Shown here one piece after another: positions 43,538 to 56,714 of a DNA stretch of 64,000 nt (position 1 is the stretch's first letter; each line of letters opens with the position of its first letter). Source of the stretch: Hormiphora californensis (lineage: Eukaryota > Animalia > Ctenophora); assembly GCA_020137815.1 (NCBI GenBank), contig CM035350.1:7564001-7628000 (forward strand). Direction: 5' to 3'. The notes beneath the pieces were generated by a model. The model ran no database searches. It was not told where the DNA came from and worked only from the letters and a program-made list of their open reading frames with translations. The position numbers and the translations under genes were made by a program.

Positions 43538-45866
43538 CTCTCTCTCTCTCTCTCTCTCTCCCCTCTCGCTGTTGTCATAATAATATTATAATAATAATAT
43601 TATTAATATGTCAATGGGAGCCAGCCAGGATCGGATCTTGTCCTTATACATTGTGTATATTGATTTTATCCTTTTCTTTCTATCTTTCTCTTCCCCCTCT
43701 CTCTTTCTCTCTCTCTCTCCCTTACTTCTATCGTTTTACAACACCTGCTAGGGTGCAGTCCCGACCCACATTACCGTACGTAGCTCGTAAAATTTAGGCT
43801 CTTTCTGAAAAAAGAGAGTGGTCGGGACGGCCCTGGCAGGTTCACCCCGCGCTGGCCAAGCGCTGTATAAGGTTGTGCCGTCGGAACTAATGCTATCCCA
43901 AACTATGTTGTCTAGCTGTTATACAACCACGCTGCTCTCTCGTGCGACTCTTGATTGAAGAGCAACCATCAATGTTGATATTCAATTAGCAGTCTATACT
44001 CATGTGACGGAGAGAGCAGGGCTGTGCAGCGTTCGTGTCGAGAAGACAGAGGGCAAGATGGGGCGCGGTGAATCCATGTTTTGTAAGGCAGCCCTTGAGA
44101 TACAGAAACAGAGGTTAACTCCTTGCAAAACTATGGATGCGGAGAAGATACGAAAAAAAAAAACAAAAAAAAAAAACAGAGCCTTGAAATTCTTCTCTCA
44201 GTCCATATGCCTTCTTTTTCTTTTCTCTCTCGGTATCCCTTGTTATGTTCTAACCCTCCCTTTACATTTGTAAAGGTAGGTGTTTCGGGTGCGGGGCGCC
44301 CGAAACACAGTCTAGCCAGGCAAGGTATCCCTTGCACCTCCGGAATATCCCGAAGATCTCCGGAGGTGCGAGGGAGGCCGTTATCCAAAAATAATATTAA
44401 TAATATTTCAAGATATATATGCACTATGAAGCGTGTAATTTGTCGGGAATTGTCTGATCGATAGACAGGAATGCTTTTTCTGCGTCTACCACCCCCTGGT
44501 CGGCGGAGATGTGTAACCCATATAAACATGGCGATATGAACGAGAACAGAGAAAGAGTACCCCACCCCCTCCTACCATCCCCTCCTATTATTTGCTAGCC
44601 CTGTCTACTGAATCAGCTGCTGTGGATTAGAATGCTGCATATGTGGAACACCATGCTGACAGATAAAACACAGGGAATAGACAGATGCGAAATGTGAGGT
44701 TTAGGCACTTCATATGAGACTAGTCTAGAAAAGACATTGTTATATGCACTAGGAATAATACGGGAATAATCGCATACTTTCCGGTCCATTCATAGCACAT
44801 CTCCCATTTCTCTCTCCCACTAGACATAGCTAACTGATTAGGAATAGGACGGTGAAGGACGCTTCTACTACCTCTCTTATTCCCTTACAAAACATCTCTC
44901 TCTTCTAACATCTCTCATCCATACAACATATGAGAGGAACTTCTTCTGGAGGTTCCGTATAATCCGCAGCTCCTCTTTCATTTTGTAACAATTTACGTTC
45001 CACTGAATGGGAGCGCTTGTAAATATTTCTCTGTCCGGTTGATGAAAGGTTTACAGATTCCATGCAAGGCAGAGTTATATACTGAATAGACCATATAATA
45101 TAGACAGTGCACACTTTCTATTTGGACTTGTTTAGTTGGTGCTACTCAGCCTGGCAGAGAGAGAGACCACCCCCTCAACAACTCAAAACTAGCCTTTTGA
45201 GATGATCTATGGAATTATTACAAAAACTAGCTTCTGGAGATTATCTGTCGTCACCTTCTCATTGCCTCATCATTAGCTACTCAAGTATAGACATTGCGGT
45301 TCCCTTTGATTCATGTCCTGCATGACAGTGACACATGTGACATGTGCATTACGGTATGGTAGTTCCGCTCCCTGAATTCATTGACGTGTGTGACATAGTA
45401 ACATGTAACAAAGAACAATACAGAAGAATTATGACGTCACGTGCTCTTGCTACCTCTCCCTGCATCTATCCTAATCTAATCTATTGAACAGTATGGATTC
45501 CATCAGGATCTATTGATAATAATTGTTACATGTTGATGTATCGCTTTTGATTTTCTTCGTCAGCCGTGGTTGATTTGTAGAGACATTATAGAATAATAAT
45601 AATGTCATTATCAATTGTATTCAGGGTGAGGTGCGGTGATCTGTCTGGCGCCGCCGACCCCATTGAGCGCATCTGAGAATCAAATTGGGGTATGGCGCCG
45701 CCATACAGGGTGCGGTGTATCACATGACCGCGTTGCCTTAATTTGTAAGCCTATCTGACCTCGCTAGTAAATAATATTGTCTTGATTGCAAACTGTTACT
45801 TGCAACAGTGAACGGGTTTAGGGAGGCCATGCAGTGCGGGATAGTTGCCAGCACTATGTTGGAATG

Positions 45867-45908
<42 letters not shown>

Positions 45909-48900
45909 CCTCTCTCTCTCTATGTCTCTCCCTCTCTCTCTACTACACTCCGATATATAGACACGTCTGTCTCAGACATCTACCAGCTCCCTATAACTGT
46001 CTGAGCTTTGTCTAGGCCACCGCCCTCTGTGCTTTTTACTGTCCCGCCCAGCTTCTGATTTCTTTATTACTTCTCGTGAATGACCAATTGAGATCTCAAA
46101 TGGTCATTCATAACCCTTGAGTGAAGTAGCACGAGTAGCCTTATCAAAATCTCAAATTCTTTTGTTCTCACTACCTTTTCTTGATCTCTCTATCAATCTC
46201 TCTGACTCTCTGACTCTCTATCTCTCTCTATATCAGTTTGTCTCTCTCCCCAGCAGCATAGTCTTATTTGCTCTCTATTTGATTTGCCCCATGCTGTAAA
46301 TTCTATCACAAGGGGTATCTTTAGTCTGGTTCCCAGCTAGCGGGGGGGGGGGGGGAGCTTCCTCTCTGTCACTCCTCACACTGTGATATATCCCCGACAA
46401 TCACCTGAAATGGATAACATGGTTAGGGGCGGCAATTACCAGAACAAGCAATCAATTTGGTGAATTTGGTAGTCAATTTAAAGGTCAATTTGAACTGTCT
46501 AGACGGTCTAAATTTGATCTGTGATCATTCGAGTGACCTAATAAAACTGTGAAAATGATACGCTATAGAAGTCTCTCTAACTCTAGATCTTTCTGCTCCA
46601 TCTAAATAGTTCAATTTTTCAATGTCTTCCTCTTCCAATGGAATGAGTGGCCTTCAAAGCATATCTTAGCATAGTCAGCTTCTAAGCAATTCACCGCATA
46701 GAGATGCAATTTCTACAACTATAGTGTGTGAAGTGTGAACTTTCCTCGACTTCTGTATATTTTTCTAACTCTAACTTATCGCCCCCCTCCCCCCCTGGCA
46801 GCCCTGGAAGATCTCCTGGAAGTGCAAGGAAGGCTTTTTCTAAGTGCAATGCCCCGTGTCGATTGCCGCGAAAATAACATATTTCAGGTTATTCAGTATT
46901 CCGTTCGCCTTTGATCATCGTATTCCGATAGATCCTTTGCCAACAAAGTTTCTGTAGAACTATAATTGTCTCTCTTCTTAATTATTCTTCATTGATGCGC
47001 TTAACACTGTGTCCCACAACCCTTTGATTTATTGCACTTGATAAATAATATCTAGCTCACTGCATAAGACCATTGTTGATCACGTTTAAAGACACAGACA
47101 ATGCCACTCTGTGTTGAAATACCAGCAGCAGCAGTAGGTCTGCTGCACTACCGATCCACACTCTCCCATGTGAGAGATATTGTGAGTGTATAACCCCGTC
47201 TTTCGTCTTTCTTCCATCCAATAGCAGACTATGCCTCTACTCCTCTTTCTCTCTGCATTTCCCTCCTTAATTTCCCATCTCTTGTTGATTCACAGTGCAG
47301 AAGAGCTACAAGATATATACGTTCTATAGTCGTTCTAATCAATTATTAATGCTACTGTCTTGTCACGTGAAATCATAGCTGTCTTTAAAAAATACTGCTG
47401 TCATATATGCCACCCTGATATTCCCGTTAATTCGCTCACATATCATGCAGCTCCTTCCCTTTATCTCTCTCTCTCACCCTCTCTCTCTCTCTCTCTCTTT
47501 TTTCTCTCTCTCTCTCTCTCTCTCTCTCACCCTCTCTCACCCTCTCTCTCTCGCTCTCCCTCAACCTCCCTTTCTTGCCAGACCAACGCCCGCCACACTC
47601 TCACGCTCAAGCGTGACCCGTACCGCTGCAGCAGCGCCTCCTCCAGCAGGGGGTTATATAAAGCATGCGATCAGAGCTATAATATCTTGTGCTGTAGATA
47701 GCGGGTGGGTGCGAAAAGTTGGAGAGAGAAATGGTCATGGGTGATATAGTACGAAAAAGGAAATTCTCTCAATCCCTCATCCATGGAAAAAGGGGGGGGG
47801 GGGAAGTCTCTCACCCGTGAATATGTCATCAATAATATTGTGATGATATATGAGGGGCGGCTATGTTAACTCAAAGTACTTCTTACGTTCTAGTTCTTCT
47901 TTGTGTTGTGACGTTATCTACTAGCCCTCCTCCTCCTGGGTGTGTGAATGTTTTATTTTAGAAACACATAATATTATATAATATTCGCATACGGCGACCG
48001 GGCGACGTCTGAGGTGTGTTTCCTGCAATTATCCTACCTCATATAATATTATTCCTGCTTTCCTTTGTCGAGTGGACTTACTCAACAGTAAACAAGTCTT
48101 GCTATCTCAGCTATATTGCATGAAAAGAATGCAAGTGCTTATAGAATAATTGTGGTATTGCCGAACTGTTGTATAACGCCTTCAGTGATTAGAGGCACAG
48201 TGTCGCCCTATAGTAACCAGCTTTATAAACTGTTGACAATTGTGTTACAAGTTCTCTCTGTCGACAACATTAACAATCGTCAATCGATAGTCGTTTTAAG
48301 GGCGTATTGCCATACGATTACAACTGTTATCTTGCAGTTGTTTACTGTACCAACCCATCAAGCTCTATTTTTATTGATCTTCAATCTTTCAACACTACTT
48401 TTATACATATATAGGCTACAAATGTAACTGTGAATCAGGATTACTTTTAAACTTGATCATTCGTATTCCTAGCTGACCTAGCTCAACCCAACTTAGAAAT
48501 TACCTCCGAGTCTCTATAACTAAAATATTGGGCTCTAGTGCAGACAATTTTAAATGATAAAAGGGGTTGAACAAAAACAAAAAAGGGTTTATTTTATTGA
48601 TAATGATAGCGCACACCTCAAAAAATTACCGCACAAATCAGTGGACCGAGATCAATTTGAATTAAATATTTGACAATGATTATATGCAGTGAATATAAGG
48701 GCTGGGAAATATAATAATAAACCCTATTTGTGTAACTTTTCTTACATTAGCAAACGTGATGTTGCACCTTGTCTATTTTTCTGAGAGCAAGCTCCTGTTA
48801 TAGGGTTCAAGATTTTAAATAGATTGGGAATCTAGAATCTGAAATATCGCCCTACTATAACAGCTCCCACCGCCTCTCTTACAGCATATATCTCTTCCAA

Positions 48901-49113
48901 TGCTTCTAACGTAGTCTACTTCGAGATCCTAACTTAGTCTCTTTTAACAAGCCAGTCTCTCTCTCTAGAGCGCAGACTTACCACGCGAGAAGGGAGCGAG
49001 AGCGAGAGAGAGGAGGATAGAGAGAGAGCGAAGCGAGAATCGAGATATATCTAGAGATAACGCTAGTCTCTCTCTCTCTCTATCTCTTCTCTCTCTCTCT
49101 CTCCTCCCTCTCG

Positions 49114-49165
<52 letters not shown>

Positions 49166-49818
49166 CCCTCATAGTTTCTCTGACTTTCCCTCTTCCTCCA
49201 TGACCGCCGGTCGTTTAGTTACAAATTTTAGGGTTTTCTTTCATTTTGCAAAAATAGACAGGGAGACTAAGAGAATCGACTTTCCCCTAGTTGGCACCTC
49301 AGTCTAGAGACACACTTTTTATATTTAAATACCGATCCAACCCTCATGCGCATATTTTATAGCTGGGTAGATGACGCGTGATAATTCATCTCTCTCCCAA
49401 CTTGTTAATTTGCTACGTTCCATGGGGGGATTCCGCTAGATCTTTAGCAGCTCTTGGGACTATACTACTGATCGTTTGTTATCGGGATCACTCTACCAAA
49501 TCATTGAATTGTAACTTATGAAACACACTTTTGTTTGATCCCATTCTATAGAACATTTCTACTAAACATTACGATAAATCCTTTCCAACAGCTTAATGCT
49601 TCAGTCTATAACAGCTTATAACACCGTATAATAAAACTGGTATATGAAATATATATTCCCACTTCTACATATTATATTATATCAGTAGCTGACAGGTCAC
49701 ACCCCGGCTCTTTGAACTCTCTGTTTATCCCGTACCGACACACACACACTTTGAATACCATTACCAGGGAGATGTTTTATAAAGTCAATAACACGTCCCC
49801 CCACTCCGTCTAGTATAT

Positions 49819-52800
49819 ATGGACAAGCTATCTACTACTACTACTAAAGCTGATGACAGCCAATGTCCGGGCGACAACACTTCCCGGCCTTCTTCATCCG
49901 ATTGTAGCTCTGCTTCTCCCTTCATGGATTCCAACTCCCTCACCGTGAGTGATATTCATAATGTGCAGTACTATTATAATAATAGTCCTAGATAGAATGC
50001 ACTGTTTCGTGAATATATAATATGGGACTTTTCACTGTCAGAGCATTGGCCTGACCCATTCTCGTTTCTCTCAAAGCGTGAGAACTGTGGTCAGAGCATT
50101 GGCCTGACAGACTTTCCACCTATATATAAGTTACCCTATCTCTAGTCTCTACAGTAGACCCTTCAATCATATCTCATATCAGCTGAGCTGTATTAGACCG
50201 GATGCTACCCTATTATACCCTTACAGTTATCCAATCTGCTGCTATAAACCCTATAAGTTATTATCATACTGCAGTAGACCCCTCACCCTATCTGGTATTA
50301 TTATAAGAGACCATTCCCTTGCAAGTCTTGTACCGATCCGTATTTCCACAATTTGTCATGCACCGATCCTATAAATAATAGTAATACAGCTCCAAAATTA
50401 AAGGCGGGTACCCTCTCTTTTGCATAGTGACGTATTGATTATGCAATTAGAGTGGTCGGTGTGGCGTCTAATTTGATCATGCAACTCTGTTTATGACGGC
50501 ATTACTATTACTATACCTTATGTAATGTTATTTACATACATGTCAATATTTTGACATGTTGATAGTGTCTCCATGTCTCTTCTGATGTAATACTATTAAC
50601 AATAATTGTACCCGTCACATATGTCCCCGGCATTATAATGATGTCAGGAATTTAGAGGTAGAGAGGGGAGAAAGATAGCAAGACAAAGGGAGGGGAAAGA
50701 GGTTTACTTAGTCGACGATCAAATAGCGCGGAAAATCTGATTCCACTTTCTATTCTCTCCTGCATTGCGAATAATAACACATCTCCCATTCTTTCTCACT
50801 TACCCTCACTCTCATTCTGTCAGAATAATATTATGCAGCAGTCTATAATTTCCCCGCTTCACGTCGCATAATCCAACTACTTTGATCAAACCTAGAACGG
50901 CCAGAGAAAGTCAAAATTTCCTGGCGGTGCAAATAATCCAGCACACTTTTGTCTAGTGCCCCATGCTATTGAATTACTTGGGGCCCAGCCAACAACAAGT
51001 CCTAAGTCTCTAATATAGGTCTATCTCATATATTAACATTAACCCCCACCCATATGAAATGTTTACTACTGATTACTAAAAAGTGACCCCCTTGTTTACA
51101 CAGGTGGAGGATGCGTACGCCCGTATGTCCGATACCCCTCCCAAGGACCAGGGGTGTCGTATGATACACAACCGGGCCACCCTTCTCATTTGTTTGGTGA
51201 TCAGCCTCTTTGGGGAGACACTCGCGCCCTTTGTCGTCCTCGCCCCGATATTCCAGGTAACGACAAGACGTCCTCTGAGGGGGCGATCGGGATCGTGACA
51301 AATTAGGAGGGTTACAGTACTTGAATGCCATCCGTGTCCAAATACATTATATATCAATAACCCTCTCTTCTTCCCCAGAGCCAAGTGCCAGCTAAAGAAT
51401 GCAGTGACGTCGCTAATTGTACAGAGGAGACTTTGTGCAGCTGGAACTGGGAGACAAACAAGCACCGTACAATAGTGACAGAGTTTAACCTGCAGTGCAA
51501 TGAATTCTACCGGGCACTTGCCAGCGCTGTCTTCTTTCTTCCAGGGATGGCCGTGGGACTAATTCTAGCTGGGTAGGTACAAACACTTACACACACATTT
51601 TGGTGTTCTAGATCCTTCCCCCTACTTATCTCCTATTTATGTTGGCCTGTTCCTATCCCTACCAATATTTATAGTCGCCACGGACGCTCCAGAGCTTGAC
51701 AAATAGAGCACAGATTCTTAACCGATTCATCCTGGTACTGCTTTACCCTTCCTTACTCCCCTTCCTAGCTATACTCCTCTTGTCTTGCTCAGGGTATTAA
51801 CATGTCACAAACTCCCTCAGCTTCCTCTCGGATCGATTGGGTCGTCGGGTAACGAATGTCAGCCTCATGCTCATTTCAGCAGTGTTCTCCCTAGCCCTCT
51901 CCTTCTCAACTACATTCCATATGTACCTGTCCTTCCAGGCGCTCCTAGGTAAGAGAGAGGGGATCTTTCCAAGGGGGATGGAAGATGTGATGAATAGAAG
52001 CAATAAAGTGGGGTTATAGAAACCCCGAATAATCAGACACACTTCTATTTCTAAAGAAAGACTATTATATCCAAAGATGTGATAGAACAGAGAAAACATT
52101 TATTTTCCAATTGTAATAACAGGGTGCATCTTGACAGGTGTAACGCTTGGCGGTACCATGGTTACAAGGGTTGTATGGATGCTGGAATTTGTTCATGATG
52201 ACTCCCGAGCCTACGCTTCCGCTATCTCAGTAAGTAATATAGCTCGGAGAACTAATAGCTCGGAGAACTAATTCTCGAGAAGCGGCCGGAAGCAGACCAA
52301 TCTAAACGATGTTTAAACACTTATCTGATACCTTAAACCTTAACGTCCGTTCGACGCACAATTCAAACTAACACTTAAACCCGATAAGTGATACTATGTA
52401 ACACTTCAACCTAATATTGTTAACGAGCTATGTGCCTCACATTTAACATTTTACAGGCCCAATTCTACTGCCTGGGAACAGCGTTGGTTCCACTTGCAGA
52501 CTACCTTCTCCAAGACTGGAGGTATCTACACTACATCATTGCAGCCTATGCTCTTATTGGAGGTGAGTGTCTGAGTTCATCAGTTGCATCCCGTCGAGGC
52601 CAACAAAGTTGCAATATTAGTTAGATGCAGGGGTCAGATCTCCATTTGCACGTGCAGATTTGTTATGACACAGGGTACCACCTGGTACAGGGGGGATTCA
52701 GTTGCACTTTTGTAAAGGACAGCATTCCAACCAAGACTAGACTATCTCCCTCTCTTTCACTATCTTTCACTATCTTTCTCTCTGATCTCTCGCTCTCTCT

Positions 52801-55800
52801 ATGTTTCCATCCAACATCAGTTGTCTCAATCTCTCTATACATAATTGCAGTCAATATCCTGATAATATCGGGTAAACTCAGTTAGGCTGCGGTGAAACCT
52901 AGATTTATCCCCTTTGCTCCTATCCCTAACTAGCATCCCCTAGACAACTGCAGAGTCTAGTACGAGCCTGACACGTTTAGTTCCCAAAGCAACGCAAACT
53001 TTAGTGTCCTCTATATACCCCCTTTTCCTAACCCAATGAACTGCCTAGGCATCGTTCTGATGTGGGTGCCGGAGAGCCCTCACTGGCTAATTGCAAACCA
53101 CAAGACCGAACAGTTACGTAGCACACTCCAACGGATGGTAAACTTTAACCGCCAGGATATTAACGTTCAGGTGAGAAAGTTATTACAAATGGGGGGGGGG
53201 ACATGTTAATTTTGTTAACTTTGTTAATATTAACATCGAAAAAACAGGTGATTTATTAACATAATTAACAAAAGTTAACAAATATTAACAAATGCCATTT
53301 ATACCATCTAAAGTCCCTTTAGCACGTGTTTTTTGGTATTACACATGCTGCATGTTGTTCTGCGAAGAAAGATGTTCCTTCTGCATGATTTGCATACCCC
53401 CAAGCCGTCTAATACAGCCTTCCCACAACGATTTGTTCCATTTTGTAAATTCGAACAAAAACTAGCCAACCTGAACCGCAATTGAGGTCAAATGACACTA
53501 ATCCGCATTTTTCAACTTAATAAGACTTAATAAGACTCATAAATTTACCTTCAATCGAAAAATATCCCAAAATAATTTTTTCTAAAAAAACACAAGGATT
53601 TGTAGCGAAGCAAATTTTCAATTTTTGACCAAAAAAAGCAATTTTGGGAATTTTTTCGTATTTTTCAAACAGAAACGTTGTACATCACTTTCTTTCGTCT
53701 GAAGAATGGATTATCAATGAAAAAATTACATTCAAGTGACATTTTACACGCTAAATTGAAATATTCGTACTCTTTAAATTTTGATCGATTTGGAGCCAAA
53801 AAACTTGTATGTTGGACTCATGCTATCGGAGGAGGCCTTGCATGGGTATACAAACGTTAGATAAGTTATTAAACTACAAAATTAAATCAGTTTAAGTCGT
53901 ATTTTCAACCGAAAACATCAATATTTTAGCATTTGTTAATTTTGTTAATTTTGTTAATTAACGTTAATTAACAAAATCGGAAAAAAGAGGTGATTTATTA
54001 ACAATTAACATGTCCCCCCCCCCTTACAAATATATAATATGTCCGACAGCTACTCCGAGCGTTAACTTGATTTATTAGTTGCAACAATAGTTAGAGACTA
54101 GAGAGGGCCGGGTCACTAACATTCTGTAACTATTAGTTGCAACAATAGTTAGAGAGGGCCGGGTCACTAACATTCTGTAACTACTTCTACCCTAATCCCG
54201 GGTAATCCCTCGTTATCACATCCCATAATCCATGAAGTACCTTTGCCCAGTAAAATATCACTTTTTACAGTTTACACAAGCCCATAAGCACCAAATTGAG
54301 TCTACCGCGGGTCTACTGTCCTCAACTCTAACCCTCCTCAATCTCCCAACTATCTCACCACGTTCTATCCATTATATTAGTATCCGTCACTAAGTCGCCC
54401 CGACCCCGGGGCTGCATTTTATGCGTTTAATTTACGATTACGACAATTTATGAGTTACATATTGTCTCCACTAGACACGCGGAGCGGTCACCAACGACAA
54501 GCACATATGGAATGTCGCATCCACCTCTCGCTTATTCTCTCACTTCCAAATCACGCACTATCATGTAACCGCCCTCTCTCTCTTGATACTTCAAAATTAC
54601 CACTTCAAATAAACACTTGAACTCTCGTGTGAGCACGGGGACGATAAAAACACTTCTATCTCTCACCACTTCTATCTCCACGTAACCACTTCTATCTCCA
54701 CGTAACCACTTCTCTCTCCATCTAACCACTTCTATCTCCATCTAACCACTTCTCTCTCGTACAGGAACTAAGGATGAGGGATGTCCCTAAGCACAAGGAA
54801 TCGGGTAACCTGTGTCTGGTGTTTAGCAACCTGCGGACTGTCCTTCTCCTGGCAGGTGTCACCTTCCTCTGGGTTCAGACCAGCTTCCTATACTACTCCT
54901 TCATTCATATGGTTGGGGAGCTCAACGGCACAATTCACTGGAACATTGCCATAATGGCCCTACTTGAGGTATATTATATCGGTGTGGGGATGGTAGGGGA
55001 AATATGGGGCATTGAATCATTGAATGATATAACCTGGTACTGGTAACTCTTCATACCATGGGAATGATGCATGATTAGGCGTGAAGGAATAATGCATGAT
55101 TAGGTGTGAAGGAAGGATGAATGAAGGGGGAATGGAGGCTCCTATAGCGAATAAACAGGGTGTGGTGAAGATTGGGTGTAAACTAGGACTGAATAGCGTC
55201 AGAACATGATGCAGCTGATAATCTGCTGGAAATATCTTGAGTTGGATGGGAGAGGGAGCGGTATTATAGGGACATGTAGACTGGGATAATGTAGTGCAAT
55301 ATATACTGTTAGGGCGGATAATATAGGGGGGTTGAACAGGTAGTTGGATTGGAGTGCGGTAAAGGAAAAGAAAATGTCCCCGCCACCAATTGGGTCAGAA
55401 TAATTACAGAGCGGCAATTCCAGCACGCCCTCTCCGTCTCTATCTGTCTGTTTGTTTCATTTGAGAGGGGCCGCATTATTATATATGCGATGGGAGAATT
55501 ATATCCCGCCCCCATGTCTGAGAGAGAGTAGATGTTATTGTATCAAAATTCTACTTAGAGTGACCACAACAATAAAATTTCCTAAATTGACCCCCTACTT
55601 CAGGGACCGTGCCTGCTTCTTACTGGAGTTATAACAACACGATTTGGACGGCGATCAACCCTTCTTGGACTATTCCTGGTTGTAATTGCAACCTCTACAG
55701 GCTCCCTATTCAACGTGCCCTTCTCCCCCCATTGGGACCTCCGGTATGCGAACCTTTTTATCTTCCAAAAGGGCAATTTTCAAAATTATATGGAATCAAA

Positions 55801-56426
55801 ATTATAATATGGAATTTGTGAATGCTTTGAAAACTTCTCGAATGGAAGGTTAAAGAGAAAACTCTAACACGCCCTAAATGTCGCCTCTTTCAGGAGAATT
55901 CTATCTCTGTTGGGTAGCAAGGCAGGCAGTGGTCCAATGTGGTTCGTGGTCTACATCATTACCATTGAGGTTAGTTACGTCTAGATCTGTATAGAGGGTC
56001 AGAGAATCCACCAACCACTAACTCGATATACACGGGATACTGAACTATTATAAACCACTACCCCACTGCAGCACGGCCACTAATTCGTTAAACAACTACC
56101 GCACCACTAACTCCATACTTCAGGTACTACCGACCTCAGTACGATCTATTGGAATGAGCACATGTTCAATGGCAGCCCGGTTCGGAGCGGCAGCCCCATC
56201 CTTTCTTATCTCGGCTACTACCCGGGTCCACCCCAACTTCCACTACCTACTCTACATAACTCTCAGCTGTATTGGCATTGGAGTTACTTGGTTGCTACGG
56301 GAGACCAAGGGACAGGGACTCCGAGAGACATTGGGAGAGGTAGCCAAGGGACAGTCAATTCACAGGAGTAGAAGAGATAGTAGGGAAAGGGCATTTCAAA
56401 AGATAGAGATTTATAATGATGTTTAG
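49819..56426 (+). CDS. SLC22-like organic cation/carnitine transporter (MFS, ~11 exons)
   Basis: Exons ~49819-49944, 51104-51256, 51379-51572 (TIVTEFNLQC), 51821-51948 (SDRLGRR), 52122-52229, 52457-52562 (QDWRYL), 53049-53170 (VPESPHWL), 54765-54968, 55603-55742 (RFGRR), 55894-55969, 56123-56426 (VLPTSVRSIG..LRETKG). First exon is less certain. Confidence 0.88.
50036..50110. repeat. ~75-bp dispersed repeat with paired GTCAGAGCATTGGCCTGAC motifs
   Basis: Related copies at ~11321-11358 and, inverted and interrupted, at 41254-42529. Confidence 0.7.
53191..54023. mobile_element. Non-autonomous DNA transposon with G10/C10 termini and 8-bp TSD
   Basis: GGGGGGGGGGACATGTTAATT ... AATTAACATGTCCCCCCCCCC; TSD TTACAAAT at 53183-53190 and 54024-54031. 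Confidence 0.9.
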
Positions 56427-56714
56427 TATGCCTTTACAAAGACTATTTTTTGTTTGAATTTCGTAGATATATTCCTAATGTTTATGTGAGCCTGTTTGAA
56501 ATATTAAGAGCCTTGCTTTACGGCTATTGTGAACCATCGTGTTTGGTAGTGTGAGAATTTAAAAAAATCAGTTACCAATAAAGGAAATTCCAATCAAAAA
56601 TAGCCCTTACTTGTTTATTGTGACCGTGGGAAGTTTCCCAAAAATCGAGCGAGGGCTAGTTTTTATTGGGTTTAACTTTAATCATTTAACGAATCAACAT
56701 CATCCCGAACCTGC

